64,000 nucleotides of DNA, taken from the sequence record NC_042100.1; one strand, 5' to 3'. Below, piece by piece: positions 9,901-18,600 of this stretch. The notes under the pieces were generated by a model. It had not been told where the DNA came from. It saw nothing but the letters and a program-made list of their open reading frames with translations, and made no database searches. The first letter of the stretch is position 1. Every line of letters begins with the position of its first letter. The position numbers and the translations under genes were made by a program.

Positions 9901-12900
9901 ACCAAACCCATCACGTGCTGCATCGATAGCCATGTCACCACCGAGCATCAACGCACCACCTACACCAAACTTAGCCATATTACCCATACGGCCTAGTTTA
10001 GAGAAACGACCGAAACGTCCACGCTTACCTTTACCTTTGCGACGATCTTTACCGTCGGCATCTGCACCACCAATTAGATCGTCCACGCCATCTTTAGCTC
10101 GACGGCCCAGTAACGCGCCTGATAGGATTTTCCCTAAGCTGAACAAACCTTTGGTCAACGTACCATTAAGCTTTATTAGGTTCTTAAACCCACCGATACC
10201 TAGGCTGAAGAATTGCTTCATTAATGCGAAGATTCCTCCGCCCGCAAACCCTAACAGTCGTCCCAGTAGTCCACCTCCTTTTTTCTCTTTTCCGTCTTTA
10301 TCGTCCGGGTTCAAGGATTCCGCAATGTCAATTACCGAGTCTTGGAATTGAGCTTGTTTCGCTTCTTTCTTTCTACGGATTTTGTCAGCCAGTGAGTTCA
10401 GACGAATCCCCTCAGTAGGTTTCTCATCCTCATGTTCGCCCGCCGCAACATTGTTCATGTAGTTACGGACTTTAGGACTGACTTTCTCCACCCCCGGCAT
10501 TTTGGTATCTAACCCCCAATGTCCAGCAATGAGTGAATAGATAGAATCAAGACGGGTAGTGATTGGTTCATAACGATCAGGGGTGTTGCGGTTGATAGAA
10601 ACATCTTGTCCTAAAATGGCAGACCCGAGTTTCTCCCTACCATTGTTCTTTAACCATTCTGCACCTTTACCTATCCCACTGCCGATCCGATTACCGATGT
10701 TAGTCAGTTTGTTAATCGAAACACCACCAATGGTCAATAGTCCGTTATTGAGGTCTTGAGTAGAAACCAACATGTTACCATCTTGGTCAAAGACAGGTCC
10801 AAGGATATCCCGCCAGCCTAAGATCTCATTACCTTCTTCGTCAAAATACCAACCATTCTTAAACCCACGGGAAGTTAGTACTGGCTCGGAATCCCCTCTC
10901 AGGTAAACGTCCATCTGGTCGACACTGGTTTTGACCTTATCAATCGCATCACGGACTTTACCCATTGGGTCAATAGCACGGAAGGTTTTACCGACAAACG
11001 ACTGGAGTCGATGTATACCGTCCAGTATGATCTCTCGACCGTCTGGACCGAACACTTTCCCAGCCAAACGCTTAGCACTAGCAGCGACTTCAGAAGTACC
11101 TTGGGAGATATCAATTACTGTTCCCTTGATGTCTTTCCAAGAACGAATGATTTTCTTAGACGCTTGGTCATAGTAATCCCCGGCGTTCTTCTTAGAAGCA
11201 TAAAGAATTTCTTCACCGTTTTCGTCGTAAAGGTCTTCGTCTTCCTTAAGTTCTTGACCCTTTGGTGCCAAAGAGTTAAGCTTACCGTACAACGTAGCGA
11301 CGGTTGCACCACCCGCCAGTAAAGCTGCCGCCTTAGGATTAGAGAAAGCAGTCATCCCCAACCCACCGATCAAACCACCCAACACCATAGGTTTGTTCGC
11401 AATTAACGCTTCAATACCTTGGTTGAAGGCATCGGACGGGACGATGGAACGAAGACGGTCTATTAAGGAACGCTTCTCACGTTCTTCTGAACGTTGTTCT
11501 TCTGTCACTTCACCGGTAGGTGCGTCGGGATCAACTCCAACCGTAGAAACCGATTTGAGACGTTTTAAGATAGAGATTTGCTCTAATTGTGACTGACTGA
11601 TTTCAGCCAAAGACATGTTACCGGTTTTTACCAATTCCAATAACGGATCAATCGTAAGTCCTTTCCCATTATCTCCGAAGTTAGGTAAAGAGGTTAACCC
11701 GGAAGTGTTCTCTTTAATTTTTACTACGGCGTTCATGATATTGGTGAGTGTACCGTGAACTTCTTCCTGCAAGGGAAGGGGGGAAGGATTGGATAAGTTA
11801 AATGAGTCTAAGACACTATTATTATTTTGCCTAAATATAGTGTTAAGATCATCTCTAGTAGGATAAGGTTCATTACTGCTTTTATTTAAAGAAGCATTAG
11901 GAGACTTACCTGCTAGCTTGTTTTGTAGTTGTTGCCAAATAAGTTCTTGGTTAATGTACTCTTTGTTCGTCTCAGGATCCACACTAATAAGACCAGAAGC
12001 CTTTAACCCTTCATCCAAACCAAGACTGCGAACTAGGTCGATCTTCTCAGCGATGTTAGGTGTGTAGTTTTTAAGAGAGTCCGTACGTAAAGAGAGACGA
12101 TGCAGTAACTCTTGTCCTTCAGCAGTAGGGACGGTTAGACGGGCCATAAGTCCGTCTAAGCTACTTTCTTGGGTGCGTTCGACCAGATCGTCTGTAATGC
12201 TAAAGCGACGACGAATCAATGCTTCGATTTCATCGGCTTGTTCACGATCCATGTACTCATCGGTTTGAGCCCCAATGTAGTCATAAACGTTAAAGACGTT
12301 ACCTTTGTCCGCTTCTCTAGCTAGTCGATGAGCTAGAGCGTTAGACGCCGATTCACTTAACTCTCCTTTAGTGTCAATATCACGAACGATAGACTTAGCT
12401 GCATCCGAATAAGAATTCAGTTCCCATTCTGGTGTAATGATGCGTTGAACTTGGTCGTTCAGGTGATCAGTCGTGGTTGCACGAGAAGTACGGTAGTCGT
12501 AACGTAACTTAGGAACATCATCATTACCTGTGCGAATCTTTTCAAGGGTGTGATGAATCTCACTTAACAACGTTGGGATTTCTTCAGTTAAACTGCGAGA
12601 GTCATGGACGGACCACACGGAGTTGTCTTTTAGGGATTTCAAAGATTTCTCTTTGATTTGATAAACACTACCCTGAGACTCCATGTAGTTCTCACCGACA
12701 AGGTTGAAAGCGGTACCTGCGGCTCCTGTTGCCTTTCTCACCGTTTGCCATAATAATTTAGGCATCGGTTTTGCATCAGCTGGTAATGACTCCAAATACT
12801 CTTCGTACGTTTCAGGGAGTTGGTCCATCATACCAGTTTCCTGATAATGACGACCCATAACCGAACCCATCGCCTTAGTGGAGTAAGACAACAAATCACC

Positions 12901-14055
12901 AAACTGGCGTAACTCTTTTTGGGTCTTGTCAAAAAGTTTTGCTTGGTCTGGGTATTTGCTGCGGACTCGGTTAAGGAGGTCACGTCCCATCTTAGTATCA
13001 AAGAACTCAGGCCCACGTTCTACAACGAACTGACCAAGCATAGAGCCAACGAGCTCCCCGGTACTTATTCCCGAATCTTGACTCATCTCCGTGGCGAATC
13101 TCGCATCACCAACAAGTTGAGTAAGAACACCCAGTCCGTCATTAATCCCATCTTTACTAACCAGACTACCAATGGCTTCACCAAAACCACCAGTACGAGA
13201 AAACGTGGACTTAAGAATGTTATCTCTGATTCGGCCTTTACTCGCTTGCAGCACACTCGTCTTTTCAAAATCAGACATCGCGGTGTTTTTAACAATGTCT
13301 TTCATTTCACGGATTAAGCGGTGTTGGGAAGCTTCCATGAATTTGTAGTATTTAGCCGAAGTTAAATACTGACGAGTCATCAGGTTAAGTTTCATGGCTT
13401 CTCGTTGACCATGAACTTTCATCTGATATTGGTATAGGCGTTGTAAGTTAGCGTTGACTTCGAATAACTGTTCGTTGCCTTGTAAGCCCGCCGACAACTG
13501 CCTAGACCCTACGGTACTCATCACTCGGGTGATGGCGTCAGTAGATTCTACGTGGACAATACTTTGTTGTTCCAAAGCATCCAACATACGTTGTTGTTCG
13601 CTTTCTTCAACCGCTTCCATTTGGAAACGATCTTCGATACCATCCGACGGTTTCTCCCAATCGCTGAAATCTTTCTTGCTGAATTCTTCTAACCCATCCA
13701 CGATTTTATTGGGTAGACGGTCACGCAAGGAGGTGCTTAAAGAACCAGAAAGAAAAGCCAGATCTCCCATGAGTTCTGAGCTGTTCTCTTTGAATTCTTT
13801 GAACGCTTCTCGTTTCTTACGATCTAGCTCTCGGTAGAAGTCAAAGGTGGTGCCGAAAGAACTAGGAAGAATGCGTCTTAATGTTTTAACTTTTGCGTCG
13901 GTATCACCGACGGTATTAGATTTTAGGGCAGAAAGAAATCCCTTGGAGACCGATTTCAGGAAACCTTGATTTTTATTTCCATCAAAGTCAAAATCAAAGT
14001 CCATGTCTCCATCTAGGAAATCATCTCCCCAATCATAATCTGATTCACTTGCCAT
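7000..14055 (-). CDS. Tail tape-measure / virion-associated peptidoglycan hydrolase (phiKZ gp181-like), 2351 aa, with a C-terminal GH19-type lysozyme domain
   Basis: GAGG RBS supports the start at 14055 (MASESDYDW). GH19 motifs DYETGGY..ENMRY and DGWLYRGRGLVQLTGKDNY. Gly/Ala-rich hydrophobic segments. Divergent from the vRNAP beta' gene. Confidence 0.85.
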   Translation of the reverse strand: MASESDYDWGDDFLDGDMDFDFDFDGNKNQGFLKSVSKGFLSALKSNTVGDTDAKVKTLRRILPSSFGTTFDFYRELDRKKREAFKEFKENSSELMGDLAFLSGSLSTSLRDRLPNKIVDGLEEFSKKDFSDWEKPSDGIEDRFQMEAVEESEQQRMLDALEQQSIVHVESTDAITRVMSTVGSRQLSAGLQGNEQLFEVNANLQRLYQYQMKVHGQREAMKLNLMTRQYLTSAKYYKFMEASQHRLIREMKDIVKNTAMSDFEKTSVLQASKGRIRDNILKSTFSRTGGFGEAIGSLVSKDGINDGLGVLTQLVGDARFATEMSQDSGISTGELVGSMLGQFVVERGPEFFDTKMGRDLLNRVRSKYPDQAKLFDKTQKELRQFGDLLSYSTKAMGSVMGRHYQETGMMDQLPETYEEYLESLPADAKPMPKLLWQTVRKATGAAGTAFNLVGENYMESQGSVYQIKEKSLKSLKDNSVWSVHDSRSLTEEIPTLLSEIHHTLEKIRTGNDDVPKLRYDYRTSRATTTDHLNDQVQRIITPEWELNSYSDAAKSIVRDIDTKGELSESASNALAHRLAREADKGNVFNVYDYIGAQTDEYMDREQADEIEALIRRRFSITDDLVERTQESSLDGLMARLTVPTAEGQELLHRLSLRTDSLKNYTPNIAEKIDLVRSLGLDEGLKASGLISVDPETNKEYINQELIWQQLQNKLAGKSPNASLNKSSNEPYPTRDDLNTIFRQNNNSVLDSFNLSNPSPLPLQEEVHGTLTNIMNAVVKIKENTSGLTSLPNFGDNGKGLTIDPLLELVKTGNMSLAEISQSQLEQISILKRLKSVSTVGVDPDAPTGEVTEEQRSEEREKRSLIDRLRSIVPSDAFNQGIEALIANKPMVLGGLIGGLGMTAFSNPKAAALLAGGATVATLYGKLNSLAPKGQELKEDEDLYDENGEEILYASKKNAGDYYDQASKKIIRSWKDIKGTVIDISQGTSEVAASAKRLAGKVFGPDGREIILDGIHRLQSFVGKTFRAIDPMGKVRDAIDKVKTSVDQMDVYLRGDSEPVLTSRGFKNGWYFDEEGNEILGWRDILGPVFDQDGNMLVSTQDLNNGLLTIGGVSINKLTNIGNRIGSGIGKGAEWLKNNGREKLGSAILGQDVSINRNTPDRYEPITTRLDSIYSLIAGHWGLDTKMPGVEKVSPKVRNYMNNVAAGEHEDEKPTEGIRLNSLADKIRRKKEAKQAQFQDSVIDIAESLNPDDKDGKEKKGGGLLGRLLGFAGGGIFALMKQFFSLGIGGFKNLIKLNGTLTKGLFSLGKILSGALLGRRAKDGVDDLIGGADADGKDRRKGKGKRGRFGRFSKLGRMGNMAKFGVGGALMLGGDMAIDAARDGFGVEEGSTADKLLDVGSMGLNAAGWLATGSAVAGMAGTSLGGIAAASAPFLLNPITLGVAGAGLAGYAAYKYFTASELTIQQKLRMAQYGIDDQDEDLINTIIQLERNLQDYIQVSGTNTGFSRETPLERFIGPLIQTRSGREGVRDTLHWFSARFKPVYLSYHAQFRKLNIVKFEDYDQLKNNTVALIAKKAHEEAAMFNPSPYRIQVWISDDTYAMSEEQTKAQVARYLNELKEEYDTVNLNSDKLSEDLTIDTVNSKIKKVEKAGMLESVWMRMTGDHNDEEKQKKLDTWFKKPEVIKGIDISDMLPGDKPVALITAFRLTAYGNEENMPWRVEAVLKLERWIEKYTSYSNGRSEFTGSVEEFWATFSTSFRVTSKRGRELAIRWFQYRFLPVWLAWHQVCRNQRGGDPSKVWMTLSATAQFRFAQQVTELKVMIDKRVKTLFSVDEAPFEGERSEGMTTRVKRLVQALEVKANQARLKDPEMEQRRTVRTPEGTDQSVYRLPDNLNINKPRNPQDISKQFGVEQPTPRDQVTSDLSKVKVDTNRKLETDITLKPGDDKGISLNKDQITKVLIQEMVKKGYDDPREIAQMLALTDYETGGYKSTAENMRYTNASRARSIFRKLKKFNIPQIQDIIRQGPVAFANAVYNGWLGNTDSPNDGWLYRGRGLVQLTGKDNYERAAEDLGIDIVNNPRLVSEDPEVMAKTAIWFLENSPQMQSIKQHGDFTFSARGLNGGKALPGMDKRERLYNDYLKGILNGDLTKDLAPSEEDNSPYDPSSGMSETEKHIDNYVNNHMTKSEMDDRVEQRIAEKSKQYKNGVLVDNKFTRGNSLASSVPKGMLVKEERALTSPKPGQSYSLDDQTSKATSAVKATRTMSPPPAIARPESTPTAPKSEGGSKEVIKQQIDEKLKEIRVTADELKVDVSMRPETEAILAGQIKLLEGILNAINEGNNKIDRRRQDSVMMS

Positions 14056-14077
14056 TTTTGAAACCTCATGGTGTATT

Positions 14078-15685
14078 ATGAAACCGACTAACGTTTCTTT
14101 ATTAAACCCAAGCAAAGTTGCTTGGTCGCTGATGAGACCTGTGTCTTCAGCGGATGTAAACGAGGGTTCTTCTACCGGTCTGCACCCAGACGGACTTTAT
14201 TCAGTAGAAACCTTCGGACGAGTAGGTAGTGAAGAACGCGATCGTAAGCTATCTTACATCGACGTTAAACTTCCTATTTTTAACCCTACGTATTTCAAGT
14301 CTTTGGTTACGCTCAAATCTTTATACTTGGGCATAATCCGAGGGACGGAATACGCCGTCTGGGATGCTGAGACTAAAGACTTCATAAAATCCAACTTGTT
14401 AGACGGGGAAACTGGGTACAGTTTCTTTATGACCCATTTTAACGAATTGGAACCAAAGTTAACGGAGTCTTTTCGTCGTAAGAAAAAAGTGGAACTCTTC
14501 CACACTTACCAATCCCAAGCTTTGTGTAGTAAAGTCATAGTTATTCCAGCGGGTCTACGAGACGTTCAATTTGGTGAGAACGACCGCATCATTGAACCTG
14601 AAATTAATGAATACTACCGTAAGTTGCTTTTCCGCACTAAGGCGGTGGTGGTTGAACCGGGTGAAGAAAACTCTCCTGTCTACGATAACTTACGTTGGGG
14701 TGCTCAATCCAACTTTAATGACATCGATACTTACATCCAAAATCTAACCAAAGGTAAAACTGGTTTCTTCCAGAAGCGAGTTGCGACCCGTGGTGTAGTT
14801 GGTGGTACTCGTAACGTCATCTCCGCACGTCAAGTCTCTGTAGAGGATGCTGATGCACCTAACGCGATAGACGTGAACACCACCGACATCGGCTTATACC
14901 AAGCCATGCTCCAATTCCAGTATACATGTCGTTATGGTATGTTAAACGGTTGGGTTCAGAACGTTTTCACCATTGGTTCTAATTTAGCTAAGTTGGTTGA
15001 CCCTAAGACATTTGAATACCAATATAAAGAAGTTGACCCTAAAGTTATCGACCGATGGATGACACCGGAAGGTTTAACGAAACTCTTTAACGGATTTAAA
15101 GACAGTCATCTCCGTAACAAACCCATTATGATCGAAGGTCTTTACATGGGATTGATCTACGATGACGGTAAACAAGTCCGTATCGTTGGTGACAAGTCAG
15201 AGATTGGTGATCGTGACCCTGCACATCTTCGTCCATTGACTTACATGGAGTTGTTTTATATCAGTTGTGGAAACCTGATCGAAACACGAATGACTCAGGT
15301 TACTCGTTACCCTATCACTGGTGTGGGGTCTATTTACCCTTCTAAGATCAACTTAAGAACGACGATTCAATCTAAACCGCGTGTACTATTAGATGAGTTC
15401 TGGGAAGAAGGCGAACGCCTAAATAATTTCCCATTGCTGTCCGGGCGACCGAGTTACTTTGACGCAATGTCGGTCGATGGTTCTCGATTGGAACTCTTGG
15501 GCGGTGACTATGATGGTGACCAATTAAACAGTAACGGTATCGAAGCAGATGATGCGATCAAACAAGCTTTGGAACGTATGGGTCAACGAAGTTACTACAT
15601 CACTGGTACAGGTTCTTTCTTGTATGAACCTATTGTAGAACCTCATGAATTTTTATTACGCGCTCTTACAGGCGGGTTGGAGTAA
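14078..15685 (+). CDS. rpoC: Virion RNA polymerase beta' subunit, N-terminal/catalytic fragment (phiKZ gp180-like)
   Basis: N-terminal GLYSVETFG motif; PAGLRD; catalytic GGDYDGDQ (equivalent to NADFDGD). Confidence 0.92.
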   Translation: MKPTNVSLLNPSKVAWSLMRPVSSADVNEGSSTGLHPDGLYSVETFGRVGSEERDRKLSYIDVKLPIFNPTYFKSLVTLKSLYLGIIRGTEYAVWDAETKDFIKSNLLDGETGYSFFMTHFNELEPKLTESFRRKKKVELFHTYQSQALCSKVIVIPAGLRDVQFGENDRIIEPEINEYYRKLLFRTKAVVVEPGEENSPVYDNLRWGAQSNFNDIDTYIQNLTKGKTGFFQKRVATRGVVGGTRNVISARQVSVEDADAPNAIDVNTTDIGLYQAMLQFQYTCRYGMLNGWVQNVFTIGSNLAKLVDPKTFEYQYKEVDPKVIDRWMTPEGLTKLFNGFKDSHLRNKPIMIEGLYMGLIYDDGKQVRIVGDKSEIGDRDPAHLRPLTYMELFYISCGNLIETRMTQVTRYPITGVGSIYPSKINLRTTIQSKPRVLLDEFWEEGERLNNFPLLSGRPSYFDAMSVDGSRLELLGGDYDGDQLNSNGIEADDAIKQALERMGQRSYYITGTGSFLYEPIVEPHEFLLRALTGGLE

Positions 15686-15687
15686 AC

Positions 15688-18600
15688 ATGCAAAACCAAA
15701 CACCTCTTGATTCAGAGATGATAGTGGATGGATTAGAAGCACTATATCCATTGTTTTTTAAGGAGTTCGTGTTACGTCGTAAAAACGACTTAACCAATCC
15801 TCGCTATCACTCCTTAAGTGACATTGAGCTTCCGCGTGGCTCGATGTTATTCTACTATCCAAAACACGCTAACGACTTGGGACCAAGCAACCAAGAACCA
15901 CTTATCAATACGTATCCGGATGTTGTTAACATCGGGTTTGATAGTCACTACGTTATTGAATCTGGTAAAGCTCGTCCAGCGCCATTAGACGAACGCAAAC
16001 AAATCCAGCGTTACCGTAACGGACATTTCCGTTATAAATACGCGCGCAACATCAAAACCCCTATGGGGCGTTCTAAAGAACTCATTGTAGTAAACAATGC
16101 CTTGGGTCAATTAAAATGGAACTACGTCCCTGATCGCTTCCTAGCCTTCAATAAGAGCTACAACCAACTGGCTAGCTTGCTTGATGTGATCAACACCCAT
16201 GCGCAAGGGAATGATCGTCAATTATTCTTCCGCATGGAACTTCCTAACCAAATCCCTATCTTTACTAAGTTCCTAGAATACTTCCGTCATTACGAGAAGT
16301 GCTTTGAGTTAAACGAGAAAGGGGAGGTGACTTTCATTGGTCCTAACGACCAAGCTATTCGAGATTTAAAACGTACGGGTGCTTTCTGGTTATTAGACTG
16401 GTTTGCATGGCTGAGTGGTAAATACGAGTACTCTTTGTTTGACCGTTTGGATCCATCCGTGATGGAGCGATTGAATATCGTCTTCACGAAACATGGTAAA
16501 ACGGTGATCCTGAAACCGGGCTTATTGCGAACTTGGTTAGACGAACTTAATAAGGTCGTGAAGGTTGACGGGGAAGAACAAATCGATTACAATACCTCTC
16601 AGCGCCAAAATGCCGTGAAACGCACCTTGGCAATGTTCATGCGCATGATCGCGCAAGCAAATGCAGAGGTAGAAACTGATGACGATAACACAACGTCTGA
16701 AAAGGCTAGTACAACAAAAGACGGGGATGGACCGAACGGGGCAGATGGATCCGAAGAAGAAGAATCGGGTGAGGAGACTCCCGACGTGGATCCTGCTACT
16801 GATACTGATCTGTTCGATGATTTTCTCAATGGACGTAAAACACACGTTGATGGACCTGATGGACAGTCCGGAGAAGAACCACGCGGAAGTGGTTCAGGAT
16901 CAGATCCAGAATCAGATCAAGAAGTTGTCGAAAATTGGACTGATGAATTAGACGACACGGAGTTTGTTACTGAAGAAACGGTTACGTCCACCAAGCGAAG
17001 TCGTATGGTGGACGAATCTCCTGAGGCCGGGATTAAGCGCGCCATAGAACGTAAAGTTCGTGAAGGTCAGCTAACCAAGTCTCAACAAGATTTCTTCCTT
17101 AAACAAGCGGAACGTTATAAAGACTTGGCGATGCCTAATGGACAAACACTAGAAGAGTTCATGAAGATCGACGAGAAAGCGTTACGAGATCTCCCTAGTA
17201 AAGTAGCACCGGAAATGATTGGGGTGCAGGACGAGTCCTACCTTAATTCAACGGTCACTCATCTTAAGAAAGGTTACGTTGAACACTTCATGCAAAAAGA
17301 CATCGTTCGTGCTATCCTAGCAGTACAACAAGCAGGGATATGTGTAACGAACTTCGAGCAAGAAACAGTTCACAACGTTGATGGGACTTACGACGTTTAT
17401 CGTGTTCAATTCCACCCAGTCGGCGGTACTCCGGTTACACGTTCTTTCCGCATTGCTAGAGTAGATAAAGAAGGAACGTTTACGGTTGACGGTAAGAAAC
17501 GTACGAAGGCTTTACAGCGTATGGATCTTCCTATTCGTAAGATGGATGATTATCGTGTTGGATTGAACTCGTACTACGGTCGTAAGCTAATCATTAGTCG
17601 TTCTAAAATGGCGGCGGATGATTACGGACTGTGGTTGTCTAAACAAGTCCGTAAGCGAGCTTTAAGAAACGACTTTGAATTACTGGCTGGTAATTCATAC
17701 ACAAACCAATACGCACTCCCTCGTCCGTTTACCGCATTATCTCGTCGGTTCAAAGGTATCAATGTGAATGGCGCGGAACTTATGTTTGATGTTAACGCCA
17801 TCATCAAACGTGATGAATCCCTAGCAGATCAAATGACGGCTGAATCAGCAGTAATTGGTTTTAAAGACAAGACACCAATTAAGATCGATCAACACGGTAT
17901 GTTGACAGCGGGTAAAGAAGACCTAGGTAGTATCGAAAGCTTCTTAGGAATCGACGTCCGAAAAGCACCTTTGGATACGGCTAACATTAACATCAACGGT
18001 TATCGTTTCCCTATGGGTGTGGTGTTAAGTTACTACTTTGGTTTCGATGAACTACTTCAAGTTCTTGAGATCGAACCTCGCGTTATCCCGGGTGGTGTGC
18101 GTGTCAAATTGGAGTCGGATGAATTTGCCCTACGTTGTGCAGACGAAACCTTGGTCTTCAGTCGACGTGACCCAATGGCTTCTTTGATCTTTGGTGGAAT
18201 GGCTAAGCTGAATAACTTGCATTCTTTCAACCGTGTGGATATGAACGATCCGGGTATCTGGGTGACCGCAATTGATAACCCTCGAGTTAAGCCTGCTCAT
18301 TTCCAAGAGATGACCAACTTACTGGATATGTTCATCGATCCTATCACTCATGATGAGTTGAAACGTTTAGGTCACGCTACCAGCTTTGACTATTTGTTGA
18401 TTGAAGCGGTAGAGATGCTCCGTACGGAACAGCACGAACACGAAGTGGAAATCAAGGAACAACGGTTTATAGGTTATGAATCCTTTGCCGGAGCCATCTA
18501 CCACCAGATGACTTCTTCTGCTCGTCAGTATCGTGGAAAGGCAATGGACCGTCGGGCTAAGTTTGATCTTAACCCTGAAGCCATCATGATGGAAGCTTGT

